From positions 42,211 to 106,210 of the forward strand of contig CAVBCV010000002.1 in the NCBI GenBank assembly GCA_963594125.1: a stretch of DNA of 64,000 bases, given 5' to 3'. The position numbers and the translations under genes are program-made. Origin of the DNA: Lachnospiraceae bacterium (GTDB taxonomy: Bacteria; Pseudomonadota; Alphaproteobacteria; RF32; CAG-239). Below are positions 9,744 through 18,983 of the stretch, in pieces. Each line of letters starts with the position of its first letter. Position 1 is the first letter of the stretch. Under the pieces are notes generated by a model that searched no databases, was not told the origin of the DNA, and was given only the letters and a program-made list of their open reading frames with translations.

Positions 9744-10166
9744 ATGAAAAAACTGTTTTTATTTTTAATCCTCAGCCTCTGTGCCGGTGTTCTATGCAGC
9801 TGTGCTACCATAATGAGAGAAAACAGCCAAATTGTGGCTGTTAAATCTAATGTTGAAAAGGTTGATATTAGAATTACCAACCGAAGCGGCGAACTAATAT
9901 TTGAAGGACAAACTCCAACAACATTACCTCTTAAAACATCGGTAAAAGGTGGATATTTCAGCCCCGAGCAATATACCATAACTGCGTCAAAAGATGGTTT
10001 TAAAACTCAAACCCATGTTATTGATTGGCATGTCAGCGGTTGGTATTGGGCAGGTAATTTTGTAATCGGCGGATTAATCGGATATTTGATTGTTGACCCA
10101 ATGACCGGCGATATGTTCTATCTTGATGAAGAAGCAAATTTAAGTTTAGTACCTGAAAAAAAATAA
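9744..10166 (+). CDS. lipoprotein, function unknown
   Basis: MKKLFLFLILSLCAGVLCSC signal peptide with a lipobox, about 140 aa. Followed by a clear terminator. Confidence 0.6.
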   Translation: MKKLFLFLILSLCAGVLCSCATIMRENSQIVAVKSNVEKVDIRITNRSGELIFEGQTPTTLPLKTSVKGGYFSPEQYTITASKDGFKTQTHVIDWHVSGWYWAGNFVIGGLIGYLIVDPMTGDMFYLDEEANLSLVPEKK

Positions 10167-10175
10167 TATAAGAGG

Positions 10176-10203
10176 CGGTCAAACACCGCCTTTTTATTAT
10201 ACC
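10176..10203 (+). terminator. rho-independent terminator
   Basis: aggcggtcaaacaccgcct hairpin followed by ttttatt. Confidence 0.5.
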
Positions 10204-10290
10204 AATATTTTCGCTATTCTGATGATTCATTATATTTTAATCAGAATCGTGTAATGTACTTTTAATAAAACATAGTAAAAGGTTTATACA

Positions 10291-11280
10291 ATGGAACAAC
10301 AAGGCGAAATTATCATTTATCAGTCGGCTGACGGCAAAAACAAACTGGATGTAAAATTAGAAAATGAAACAGTTTGGCTTTCTCAATCTCAATTAGTTGA
10401 CTTATACCAAACCAGTAAATCCAACATCAGCGAACATATAAAAAATATTTTTAATGAAGGAGAACTATCTGCTGATTCAGTTGTTCGGAAATTCCGAACA
10501 ACTGCCGCTGACGGTAAAAAATATGAAGTATCATATTACAATCTTGATATGATTATTTCCTTAGGATACCGCATAAAGTCTTCTATTGCCACCCAATTCC
10601 GCATTTGGGCAACTGAACGCATAAAGGAATATATCATCAAAGGATTTACCATTGATGACGAACGTTTAAAGCAAAACGGCGGTGGAAATTATTGGAAAGA
10701 ATTGTTAGACCGCATCAGAGATATCCGCTCCTCTGAAAAAGTTTTATACCGTCAGGTTTTGGATTTATACGCTACAAGTTATGATTATAATGCCAAAGCA
10801 CCGGAAACTATTGAATTTTTTAAGGTTGTCCAAAATAAATTACATTTTGCCGCACACGGTCATACAGCATCAGAAGTTATATATGAACGCGCAAATGCCG
10901 ATAAGCCTTTTATGGGATTGACCACATTTTCCGGCAACCTACCGACTAAAGCCGAAGCCAAAATTGCTAAGAATTATTTAAGCGAAAAAGAATTAAAAGT
11001 ACTGAACAATCTCGTTTCCGGATATTTTGACTTTGCAGAAATCTATGCCGTCCGTCACGAACATTTATATATGAAAGATTACCTTAAACAGTTAGACAGC
11101 ATTTTATCTGCAACCGGCGAAAATATCTTACAAGGCGCAGGTAAAATCAGTCATAAAAAAGCAATGGAAAAAGTTGAGGCTGAATATAAAAAATATCAAG
11201 AAAAGACCTTAACTCCGATAGAACAAGCATATCTTGAAAACTTGAAAAGTTTGGAAAAAAAGATAGAAGACAAAAAATAA
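10291..11280 (+). CDS. RhuM family virulence/DNA-binding protein
   Basis: N-terminus IIIYQSADGKNKLDVKLENETVWLSQSQLVDLYQTSKSNISEHIKNIFNEGEL is the hallmark opening of RhuM-family proteins. 329 aa. Confidence 0.75.
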   Translation: MEQQGEIIIYQSADGKNKLDVKLENETVWLSQSQLVDLYQTSKSNISEHIKNIFNEGELSADSVVRKFRTTAADGKKYEVSYYNLDMIISLGYRIKSSIATQFRIWATERIKEYIIKGFTIDDERLKQNGGGNYWKELLDRIRDIRSSEKVLYRQVLDLYATSYDYNAKAPETIEFFKVVQNKLHFAAHGHTASEVIYERANADKPFMGLTTFSGNLPTKAEAKIAKNYLSEKELKVLNNLVSGYFDFAEIYAVRHEHLYMKDYLKQLDSILSATGENILQGAGKISHKKAMEKVEAEYKKYQEKTLTPIEQAYLENLKSLEKKIEDKK

Positions 11281-11320
11281 CAGTTATGATGTATTTGAAA
11301 AATTAATATTTTTTATTTGA

Positions 11321-11418
11321 CAATACAACTTATGCACAGCACGGACTCGTAAATATTGCAAAAAAAAAACGCGAGCTAAAATCTTCTCAAATTTAACTTT
11401 TTGAGAGGATTTTAGCTC
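11321..11418 (+). promoter_or_regulatory. conserved pilin-gene 5' module, copy 1 (promoter/5'UTR; RBS-sequestering hairpin)
   Basis: The sequence caatacaacttatgcacagcacggactcgtaaatattgc-A10-cgcgagctaaaatcttctcaa-atttaacttt-ttgagaggattttagctc-ATG. The arms gagctaaaatcttctcaa and ttgagaggattttagctc form an 18-bp stem with one G-U pair. The GAGAGGA Shine-Dalgarno sits in the 3' arm, and the stem ends 1 nt before the ATG. Near-identical copies lie at 21724-21820 and 58938-59034. Confidence 0.6.
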
Positions 11419-12054
11419 ATGTATACACAATCGGGAAGAAGTATGGTAGAGATGCTCGGCGTCTTAGCGATAATTGGCGTCTTATCTGTTGGGGCGATAA
11501 GCGGCTATGGGAAAGCGATGTTTAAGTATAGACTTAATAAACAAACTGAACAGCTAAATCAGGTTATCGGCACGATTGTACGCTATAAAAGCAGCTTAAT
11601 GCTTAACCCCGCTTCTGCCGACGCGCCGGTTTCTGATTATAATATAGTTTCGTTACTTAAAAAGCTCGGTGAAATTCCAAAGGAAATGTATATCAATGAT
11701 GATAGATTTATCAAAGATGCTTTCGGAACCGAATATCAAATTTATCATCGCAATACCGATAAAAGCATTACTTTACGAACTGTAGATTTAGGCAGAAACG
11801 AAACTGGTTTTCAAATTTGCAAAAATTTATATTTAATTGCCAAAGAATGGCACCAAGAATTATACGTCATAATTGTTGCAGCTTATAAAGGTGATACGTA
11901 TTCATCAAAAGGCTGTTATTTGGGCGATAACAGCACATATCAAGGCTGCTCCTCTAAAAGATATATTAAAGACTTAAAGCTGAGCGAGCTTGACGATATT
12001 TGCCGGACTGCCGCCGATGAGCAAGGGCATTATTCGGTATCAATAGATTTTTAG
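11419..12054 (+). CDS. type IV pilin-like protein (prepilin, short leader), paralog 1
   Basis: MYTQSG|RSMVEMLGVLAIIGVLSVGAISGY has the class III signal: Gly at -1, Glu at +5 and a hydrophobic alpha1 helix. Four Cys in the C-terminal part. 211 aa. Confidence 0.7.
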   Translation: MYTQSGRSMVEMLGVLAIIGVLSVGAISGYGKAMFKYRLNKQTEQLNQVIGTIVRYKSSLMLNPASADAPVSDYNIVSLLKKLGEIPKEMYINDDRFIKDAFGTEYQIYHRNTDKSITLRTVDLGRNETGFQICKNLYLIAKEWHQELYVIIVAAYKGDTYSSKGCYLGDNSTYQGCSSKRYIKDLKLSELDDICRTAADEQGHYSVSIDF

Positions 12055-12061
12055 ATACATT

Positions 12062-12090
12062 AAAGGCTCCGATTGCTCGGAGCCTTTTTA
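12062..12090. terminator. bidirectional terminator between convergent genes
   Basis: aaaggctccgattgctcggagccttttta, a perfect hairpin flanked by A/T runs on both sides. Confidence 0.5.
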
Positions 12091-12104
12091 TAAGATTTCA
12101 GCAA

Positions 12105-12833
12105 TTATTTTCTATCGCCCATTAATCTTAACAAGTACAAGAACAAGTTAATAAAATCAAGGTACAATGAAAGCGCGCCTGAAACAGCTTTGCGGGTAAC
12201 CATATCATCGCTGTCGGCAGATGCATACATATTGCGAATCGTCTGAGTATCATATGCGGTTAAGCCGACAAAAATGGCAACCCCGATATAAGACAATGTG
12301 TAATACATAGCCTCACTTTGCATAAAAAAGTTTACAATCGTGGCGATAATCAAACCGATTAAACCCATGATTAAAAACGAACCAAAGCCTGTTAAATCGC
12401 GCTTAGTGGTATAGCCGTATAAGCTCATGGCGCCAAACATAGCGGCGGTAATCAAAAATACGCGGGTCATACTTGAAGCGGTGTACATTAAAAGAATCGG
12501 GGTTAAAGACGCGCCCATAACCGCCGAGAATAGCCAAAACACTCCATTAACCTGCGCCGGAGAGCCTTTAGCGACAACCCATTGAAACGCAAATATCATA
12601 ATCAACGGAGCAACTAACAAAAGCCAACCAAGACCGGACAAACTTACGGTTCCTGCCGCTTGATTAATATTGAAAAAAGCCTCAATTAAAGACGTGTTGG
12701 CAATTAAATAAGCAACCAAAGCCGTTAAGCATAAGCCTGCCGCCATATAGTTATAAACTTTAACCATAAAGCCGCGCAAACCTTCGTCTATGCCGCTCCG
12801 TTCAACTGCGGAAGTATAAGATTTAGTTTCCAT
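12105..12833 (-). CDS. Bax inhibitor-1/YccA family membrane protein
   Basis: 242 aa with 7 predicted TM helices. The BI-1/YccA-type C-terminal region carries conserved charged residues (GVAIFVGLTAYDTQ...). Confidence 0.75.
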   Translation of the reverse strand: METKSYTSAVERSGIDEGLRGFMVKVYNYMAAGLCLTALVAYLIANTSLIEAFFNINQAAGTVSLSGLGWLLLVAPLIMIFAFQWVVAKGSPAQVNGVFWLFSAVMGASLTPILLMYTASSMTRVFLITAAMFGAMSLYGYTTKRDLTGFGSFLIMGLIGLIIATIVNFFMQSEAMYYTLSYIGVAIFVGLTAYDTQTIRNMYASADSDDMVTRKAVSGALSLYLDFINLFLYLLRLMGDRK

Positions 12834-12907
12834 AATGTTCTCCTCAAAAAAATTCCTATTGAGTAATATAGAAATTTTTTACGCTGAAATCAACAGATAT
12901 ATAACAA

Positions 12908-12943
12908 AAATGCCCGCAAGTTTGCGGGCATTTTTGCAAAGTA
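12908..12943. terminator. bidirectional terminator
   Basis: aaaaatgcccgcaagtttgcgggcattttt hairpin with flanking A and T runs. Confidence 0.5.
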
Positions 12944-12951
12944 TTTGCGGC

Positions 12952-14112
12952 TTAAGCTGCTTTTGCAGAATATTTAGCGGCAAATTCATTCATTTTTTCA
13001 ATGATATATGACTGTTCATCGTGTTCCAAATACGGGTGCATCGGAATGCTCAATACGGTTTTGGAAAGTTTTTCACATACCGGAACCGAACGAGTGTTCC
13101 ATTTTGCATACGCGGTTTGAGTATTTACCGGACGCGGGTAATATGCTCCGCATGGAATACCGGCTTCACGCAGATAAGACATTAATTCATCGCGATGTTC
13201 GCAATTAATGGTGTACAAAGCATAAGCCGAACGGCAGTTATCTAAAATGCGCTGTTTTCCAAAGTAATCACTGAGTTCATTATCATAACGCTTAGCAATG
13301 GTGTAACGGTCAGCCAATTCTTTATCCAAAACAGTCATTTTCTGCAACAAAACAGCGGCTTGGAAAGTGTTCATACGACCGGTCATGCCCAAACGAACGT
13401 TATCATAGTGATCATCAGGGCTCATGCCGTGAACGCGTGAAGATTTAACCAACTCATTTTCTTCATTGCTGTTGGTAAATACGGCGCCGCCGTCACCATA
13501 GCCGCCTAACGGCTTGGTCGGATAAAATGAAGTTGCGGTCATATCTGAGATTGAACCGGCTCTTTTGCCATGATATACCGAGCCGAATGATTGGCAAGAG
13601 TCTGACAAAACTTTCATACCGTTTTCATGAGCGATTTTGATGATTTCATCAAGTTCGCACGGTGAGCCGAAAATATCAACCGGAATAACGGCTTTAAGGT
13701 TCAATTTGCCTTCTTTTTTAACTTCGGCAATAGCGCGCTTTAAGTCTTCAGGGTTCATATTGTAGGTATCCGGACGAGAATCTACAAAAACAGGAGTTGC
13801 GCCAAGCAAAACCGGAGCTTCGGCTGATGAAACGAAGGTAAATGATGAAACAAATACGGCATCGCCCGGCTTAACATCCCATGCCATCAAGGCTAAGGTT
13901 AAAGCATCGGTACCGGAACCGCAGGTTGCGCAATATTTGCTGCCGGCATATTCAGCCAATTTTTGATCCAATTCTTTAGTTTCAGGACCCTGGCAGTATG
14001 CGCCGTGAGTTAAAATTTTTTCAATGGCGGTCATAAATTTATCACGACCGATAATTTTTTGCGATGTTGCGCAATCAAACAAACAAATGTTTTTTTCAGG
14101 TTTATTTGTCAT
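12952..14112 (-). CDS. DegT/DnrJ/EryC1/StrS family PLP-dependent aminotransferase
   Basis: SGTDALTLAL, DIFGSPCELDEI and SFYPTKPLGGYGDGGAVFTN motifs of sugar aminotransferases. The start is taken at MTNKPEKN (ATG 14112, RBS aagga) rather than the longer ORF-track start at 14178. Confidence 0.85.
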   Translation of the reverse strand: MTNKPEKNICLFDCATSQKIIGRDKFMTAIEKILTHGAYCQGPETKELDQKLAEYAGSKYCATCGSGTDALTLALMAWDVKPGDAVFVSSFTFVSSAEAPVLLGATPVFVDSRPDTYNMNPEDLKRAIAEVKKEGKLNLKAVIPVDIFGSPCELDEIIKIAHENGMKVLSDSCQSFGSVYHGKRAGSISDMTATSFYPTKPLGGYGDGGAVFTNSNEENELVKSSRVHGMSPDDHYDNVRLGMTGRMNTFQAAVLLQKMTVLDKELADRYTIAKRYDNELSDYFGKQRILDNCRSAYALYTINCEHRDELMSYLREAGIPCGAYYPRPVNTQTAYAKWNTRSVPVCEKLSKTVLSIPMHPYLEHDEQSYIIEKMNEFAAKYSAKAA

Positions 14113-14306
14113 TTTCAATCCTTTTGTAAAATGTTCAACTGGGGCGATATTATGACACAACCAGCCTTGTTGCAACACACAAAACGTTTCTTGATTGTAA
14201 CAAAGCGACTTTTCATACCTTTATTTTAAATATTTTTGTTGATTAAATAAAGGGAATTGTTATATTTGAGATAATTGTACATTTTTTGATTATATAAGGA
14301 CAGGTT

Positions 14307-15089
14307 ATGAAAAAAATTGGTCTGACGGTTTTGTTGGCACTGGGGTTGACGGCATGCGCAACCGGCAAAAATATGTCTGATGACTCCGCTGACGACAACG
14401 CTCTTGAAACATATAACCGCGCAGTGTTTGAATTTAACTATAAATTAGACAAGGCGGTTATAAAACCGGTGGCAAAAGGCTATAAAAAGGTTACCAACCA
14501 ATTTGTGCGCGACAGAGTGAGCACTTTTTTTAACAATTTGGAAGAACCGGCTTACGCAATTAATAATTTGCTGCAGGGCAAAGTTAAAGACAGCGGCACT
14601 TCAGTCGGGCGCTTTGCCGTAAACTCCACGCTTGGCTTGCTCGGGTTGTTTGATGTTGCTGACGGTTGGGGCTTAAATAAAAAGAAAAATTCGTTTGACG
14701 CCACCTTGGCTTATTACTGCACACCGGACGGACCGTTTTTTATGGTTCCGGTGTTAGGTCCGGCAACTCCGCGCTACTTAGTCGGATGGGCGGGAGACGC
14801 TTACGCCAGCCCGATGTATTGGGCGTTGGTTGACGTTGATGACAGCGGAGTTGACGCCGCCGTTTGGGGCTCGGTCGCGCTTAAATACATTAATATCAGA
14901 GCTGAAAGTTTGGCTTTAACCGACAGCTTAGAAGAAGGCGCGGTTGATTTTTACGCCACCATGAAATCAGCCTTTATGCAAAATCGGCAAAAATTTACCG
15001 GTATTTGCGATGTGAAAAACAATCAAGACAATGTGCCAAGTTATGACTTTGACTTTGGGTACGATGATGTTGATGATGACTTTGAATAA
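14307..15089 (+). CDS. mlaA: MlaA/VacJ family lipoprotein
   Basis: Lipobox LTAC. NRAVFEFNYKLDKAVIKPVAKGY region typical of VacJ/MlaA. 260 aa. Confidence 0.8.
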   Translation: MKKIGLTVLLALGLTACATGKNMSDDSADDNALETYNRAVFEFNYKLDKAVIKPVAKGYKKVTNQFVRDRVSTFFNNLEEPAYAINNLLQGKVKDSGTSVGRFAVNSTLGLLGLFDVADGWGLNKKKNSFDATLAYYCTPDGPFFMVPVLGPATPRYLVGWAGDAYASPMYWALVDVDDSGVDAAVWGSVALKYINIRAESLALTDSLEEGAVDFYATMKSAFMQNRQKFTGICDVKNNQDNVPSYDFDFGYDDVDDDFE

Positions 15090-15110
15090 CTTTTAAATCG
15101 GGGAACTTTA

Positions 15111-15710
15111 ATGAAAAAAATTTTATTTACCTTTTTAACCGCTTTGTTGCTCGCCGCAAATTCAGCAAATGCCGAAATTAATGCGCAAAAAGCTGAGGAT
15201 TTTGTTAAAAATGTGACCAAACAAGGCATTGAAGAAATTATCAACTCAGATGTTTCGCAGGCTGAAAAAGATCAGCGCTTCGCAAAGCTTTTTAATGAAT
15301 ATCTTGACTTAGACTTTATCGGGCGGTTTGTTTTAGGGCGCTATTGGAAAACCGCGACACCTAAACAACGCACTGAGTTTGTTAACGTTTACCGCGAGTT
15401 AAACATTAAAACATGGTCAAAACGTTTTGATGAATTTAAGGGCAAAACCTTTGTTTTTAACGGCGCCTCGCCTTCATCCTCTGAGAATCAGATTTTTGTA
15501 AACTCGGTTGTTCCGATGGATCAGGGCGCACCGGCAAAAGTGGTATGGAGAGTTAAAGAAACTAACGGGCAATTTAAAGTGGTTGACATTATTATTGAAA
15601 ATGTAAGCTTAGCAATTACCGCCCGAAATGAATATACCGCTTATATTCGCAAGTCACCGAACGGGCTTGACGGATTAATCAGCGACCTTAAAAAGAAAAG
15701 CCAGCAATAA
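15111..15710 (+). CDS. mlaC: phospholipid-binding protein MlaC (Ttg2D family)
   Basis: Signal peptide. FIGRFVLGRYWKTATPKQRTEF motif of toluene-tolerance Ttg2D/MlaC proteins. Adjacent to mlaA. Confidence 0.75.
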   Translation: MKKILFTFLTALLLAANSANAEINAQKAEDFVKNVTKQGIEEIINSDVSQAEKDQRFAKLFNEYLDLDFIGRFVLGRYWKTATPKQRTEFVNVYRELNIKTWSKRFDEFKGKTFVFNGASPSSSENQIFVNSVVPMDQGAPAKVVWRVKETNGQFKVVDIIIENVSLAITARNEYTAYIRKSPNGLDGLISDLKKKSQQ

Positions 15711-15801
15711 CGCGGCTGATTTACCGATTTTAGAATGAAATAATTGACAATCGGCGAGATTTCAGCTATCATATTTGTATAATTATTTTCTGGGGGCAAA
15801 G

Positions 15802-16773
15802 ATGCAAAAGTTTAAAACATTTTTCATTTTGTTAGCGGGCATGTTATTTATGAGCTCAGCGGCAACAGCGCGAGTTTGCTTTTTAGCCAGTACGGACGAA
15901 GAAACCGGCTGTTTGGTCAGCGGTGATGAGTACAATTATGAAAACAGTGAAAGATGCCGCGGTATGGCTCCTTGCGAACACCCCAGTAAAGGCGCTCCAA
16001 CCTGTATTGATAACAGCATCAGCTATTTTTACGCTGATAACTGCTGCTCCAACACCGCGCTATATGAAAAATGCGAAGGCACCGGTAAAGTTTGCAAAGG
16101 TTCGGTCTGCGCAAGTTCAGTCAACGGCGTTAACTACAATTACTGCAAAATCGGAAACTGTGTTTGTGATTCTTCATATTCAAAAACTTGCGACGCATCA
16201 GAAGGCTTAATCGGCGTCGGTGAGCCTTGTGACGGCAAATATAAAAGCTGCCGTTGCGATTCAAGCTATCATACTTGTGACAAAAACGCAACATGCACCG
16301 GTAGTTCATGCACAGATGATGGCGGCACTAAGTTTCAATCTTGCGAATGTCCGGCTATCGGCGGCGATTGGGTATCTGACCCGAGCGCTTGTTGCGGCTC
16401 ATACACAACCAGTTGCACCAACCGACCGAGCGGAAAAAGAGTTTATAAATGCGCCCCGGCATTTACTCCGTCATGCGTTTGCGGCACGATTAATGATACC
16501 AATAAATCGCAATGCGTAAGCGGCTGCACCGATTCAAGATATGAATATGTCGGTAAGGTTCCGGCTAATGTTGAGTGCAATGACTTCACAAGAGGAATTT
16601 CAGGAGACTGCGGAAGCGCTTGTCATTGCAAATCAGGTTATTGGGATTACTCGTCAAGTTGCGATACGCAAAGCAGTAACGTTTGCGGCGAGTTGGGCTA
16701 TACTGACACCTCTTGCACGGGTGACTGGATTGCCTGCCCGTTTGACCCATCGGCTAAAAAATGCTTGAACTAA
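15802..16773 (+). CDS. secreted cysteine-rich repeat protein, unknown function
   Basis: MQKFKTFFILLAGMLFMSSAATA signal peptide. About 323 aa with roughly 55 Cys. Recurring CxCDSSYxxCD / CxGSxC modules. No recognised catalytic motifs. Confidence 0.6.
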   Translation: MQKFKTFFILLAGMLFMSSAATARVCFLASTDEETGCLVSGDEYNYENSERCRGMAPCEHPSKGAPTCIDNSISYFYADNCCSNTALYEKCEGTGKVCKGSVCASSVNGVNYNYCKIGNCVCDSSYSKTCDASEGLIGVGEPCDGKYKSCRCDSSYHTCDKNATCTGSSCTDDGGTKFQSCECPAIGGDWVSDPSACCGSYTTSCTNRPSGKRVYKCAPAFTPSCVCGTINDTNKSQCVSGCTDSRYEYVGKVPANVECNDFTRGISGDCGSACHCKSGYWDYSSSCDTQSSNVCGELGYTDTSCTGDWIACPFDPSAKKCLN

Positions 16774-16799
16774 CTTTTGTTCAATTTAATAAATGTATT

Positions 16800-16838
16800 T
16801 AACGGCAGGGCTTAAAGTTCTGCCGTTATTTTTATAAA
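16800..16838 (+). terminator. rho-independent terminator
   Basis: aacggcagggcttaaagttctgccgtt hairpin followed by atttttat. Confidence 0.5.
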
Positions 16839-16934
16839 CTTTTTGCGTTAACGCACAGGTTATAAAATGTTCTTGTGTTTTGCCTTGCGGCATGTTATAT
16901 ATTGGTTGTATTTGGAGGAGAATATTGGTTTGCC

Positions 16935-17294
16935 ATGATTATCAACAGTAATGATGTTTTGCAAAGAAATATTTTAACAAATAAATGCTTTTATCAAACG
17001 ACCGCTCAAATTATGCACGACTTTGAGCAGAAGGGTTATGCTAACTCCGCAGACGAAACGGCTAAAGTTATTGCCGCTTACCATAACATGGTGCAAAAAA
17101 AATCTAAAAATAATTACAGCAAAGATTATAACGAGGCATTCAGCAAAATTGACAACGCCATAAAAAGTATGGCGAACAAAGTTTTTTACACCTATGACAA
17201 ACAGAGCTTTGATTACGCTTATCGTTCATTTCAAAATTTTGATTACATTAACGCCATTATCGGGCGGCAACGCCTTAAAAAGAACTCTTGGTAA
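16935..17294 (+). CDS. hypothetical protein
   Basis: 120-aa ORF (MIINSNDVLQRN...) downstream of GGAGGAG. No recognisable domain. Confidence 0.4.
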   Translation: MIINSNDVLQRNILTNKCFYQTTAQIMHDFEQKGYANSADETAKVIAAYHNMVQKKSKNNYSKDYNEAFSKIDNAIKSMANKVFYTYDKQSFDYAYRSFQNFDYINAIIGRQRLKKNSW

Positions 17295-17388
17295 TACCGG
17301 TTGTTGACTTTTTTATTTTCATTATTGCAATCAAACACTCTTGAGGCTAAACTGTTGCTATAATATTAATTACAGCAACGAGGCTAAA

Positions 17389-18366
17389 ATGAAACAAATA
17401 TCAGTTATCGGCTGCGGCCGTTGGGGAACTTTTTTGGGTTGGTATGCCGCCAACTATTGCGTTGACAGCGTTATTTTATATGATATTCCGACCTCACCTA
17501 ACTTTATTGAACTGCAAGAAACCAGACAAAATCCATATTTGCAATTAAGCGATAATATGACCTTAACTCCGGATTTAAACAAAATTTTGCAAAATGATTA
17601 CATCATTATCTCAATCGGTTGCCAACACTTGCGCGAACTTGCCAAACAGCTGAACGGCTACAATCTTGACGGCAAATACTTTTTGCTTGCCATGAAAGGG
17701 CTTGAAGAACCGAGCGCCAAAATTTTGGTAGACGTGTTTAATGAAGAGATTAAACAAAATATTCATGTCGCCTGCTTGGGTGGTCCCGGACACGTGCAAG
17801 ATTATATGAAAAAAGTTCCGTCCTGCGCGGTTATTGACAGCTATGAAGAAGATACCAAAGACAAATGGATTAAGTTAATGCAAAGTAATTTAATTCGTTT
17901 TTACTATGGCGATGACGTTATCGGCAACCAAATCGGCGCCGCGCTTAAAAACGTTATCGGTATTGCCGCCGGAATTTTGGACGGCTTGGATTGGTACGGG
18001 CTTAAAGGCGCGTTAATGGCGCGGGCTCCGGTTGAAGTTGGGCGCCTGATTAAGCACTTTGGCGGCAACCCGTTTACCGCTTATGGTTTGGCGCATCTTG
18101 GCGATTATGAGGCAACATTGTTTTCAAAGCACAGCCACAACCGCATGTTTGGCGAAATGTTTGCCAAAGGCGAGCGCTTCGGCAAATTGGCAGAGGGCGT
18201 TGACACCTTAAAAGCCGTAAAAGCCATTGCCGATAAAGAAAATATTGATATGCCGATTTGTCAGGCTTTGTATAAAGTTATTTTTGAAGACGCTGACATT
18301 AAAGAAACTATCCGCGCGATGTTTGAACGCGGACTCAAAAAAGAATTTGAGTATATTTCAAAATAA
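17389..18366 (+). CDS. gpsA: NAD(P)H-dependent glycerol-3-phosphate dehydrogenase
   Basis: MKQISVIGCGRWGT N-terminal Rossmann motif. Central NVIGIAAGILDGL motif and C-terminal region of GpsA. Confidence 0.9.
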   Translation: MKQISVIGCGRWGTFLGWYAANYCVDSVILYDIPTSPNFIELQETRQNPYLQLSDNMTLTPDLNKILQNDYIIISIGCQHLRELAKQLNGYNLDGKYFLLAMKGLEEPSAKILVDVFNEEIKQNIHVACLGGPGHVQDYMKKVPSCAVIDSYEEDTKDKWIKLMQSNLIRFYYGDDVIGNQIGAALKNVIGIAAGILDGLDWYGLKGALMARAPVEVGRLIKHFGGNPFTAYGLAHLGDYEATLFSKHSHNRMFGEMFAKGERFGKLAEGVDTLKAVKAIADKENIDMPICQALYKVIFEDADIKETIRAMFERGLKKEFEYISK

Positions 18367-18411
18367 GTTATGTTTTTTATATAGATTAATTAAACAAAGA
18401 AAGGATTTAGC

Positions 18412-18969
18412 ATGTTAATTTTTATCGCCGCCGTGGTTGTTATCGGATTATATGTTATTGCGACTTATAACTGGTTAGTTAAATGCAACCAGCAAGTTAA
18501 AGAGGCGTGGAGCACTATTGACACCCAGTTAAAGCGCCGTTACGATTTAATTCCGAACTTGATTGAAACGGTTAAAGGTTACACCAAACATGAAAAATCA
18601 ACTTTGGAAAACATTGTTAAAGCTCGTAATTCGGCAATAAACGTAAGCGATGTGCAAGCCAAAGGCGAAGCGGAAAATATTTTATCCGGCGCGTTAAAAT
18701 CAGTTTTTGCTTTAAGTGAAAGTTATCCTGACTTAAAAGCTAATGAAAACTTTAAAGAACTACAAAAAGAGCTTGCGGAAACTGAAAACAAAATTCAGGC
18801 AAGCCGTCAGGTCTATAATGCCATGGTACTTGCATTAAACACCAAAGTTGAAACTTTTCCCAGCAACTTGATTGCCCGAAAATTTAACTTTAAGAAAGCG
18901 GATTTTTTCAAAATGACTGATGACGAATCAGCAAAAGCACAAAATGCTCCGAAAGTTAAATTTGAATAA
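18412..18969 (+). CDS. LemA family protein
   Basis: N-terminal TM followed by NWLVKCNQQVKEAWSTIDTQLKRRYDLIPNLIETVKGY, the LemA signature. Confidence 0.85.
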   Translation: MLIFIAAVVVIGLYVIATYNWLVKCNQQVKEAWSTIDTQLKRRYDLIPNLIETVKGYTKHEKSTLENIVKARNSAINVSDVQAKGEAENILSGALKSVFALSESYPDLKANENFKELQKELAETENKIQASRQVYNAMVLALNTKVETFPSNLIARKFNFKKADFFKMTDDESAKAQNAPKVKFE

Positions 18970-18983
18970 TTAAAGGATAAAAC

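Noticed and set aside
11343-11360. Sigma-54 promoter (GG-N10-GC) inside the pilin 5' module
   Set aside because: TTGCA is present, but the upstream GG is 15 nt away rather than the required 12. This does not fit the -24/-12 geometry.
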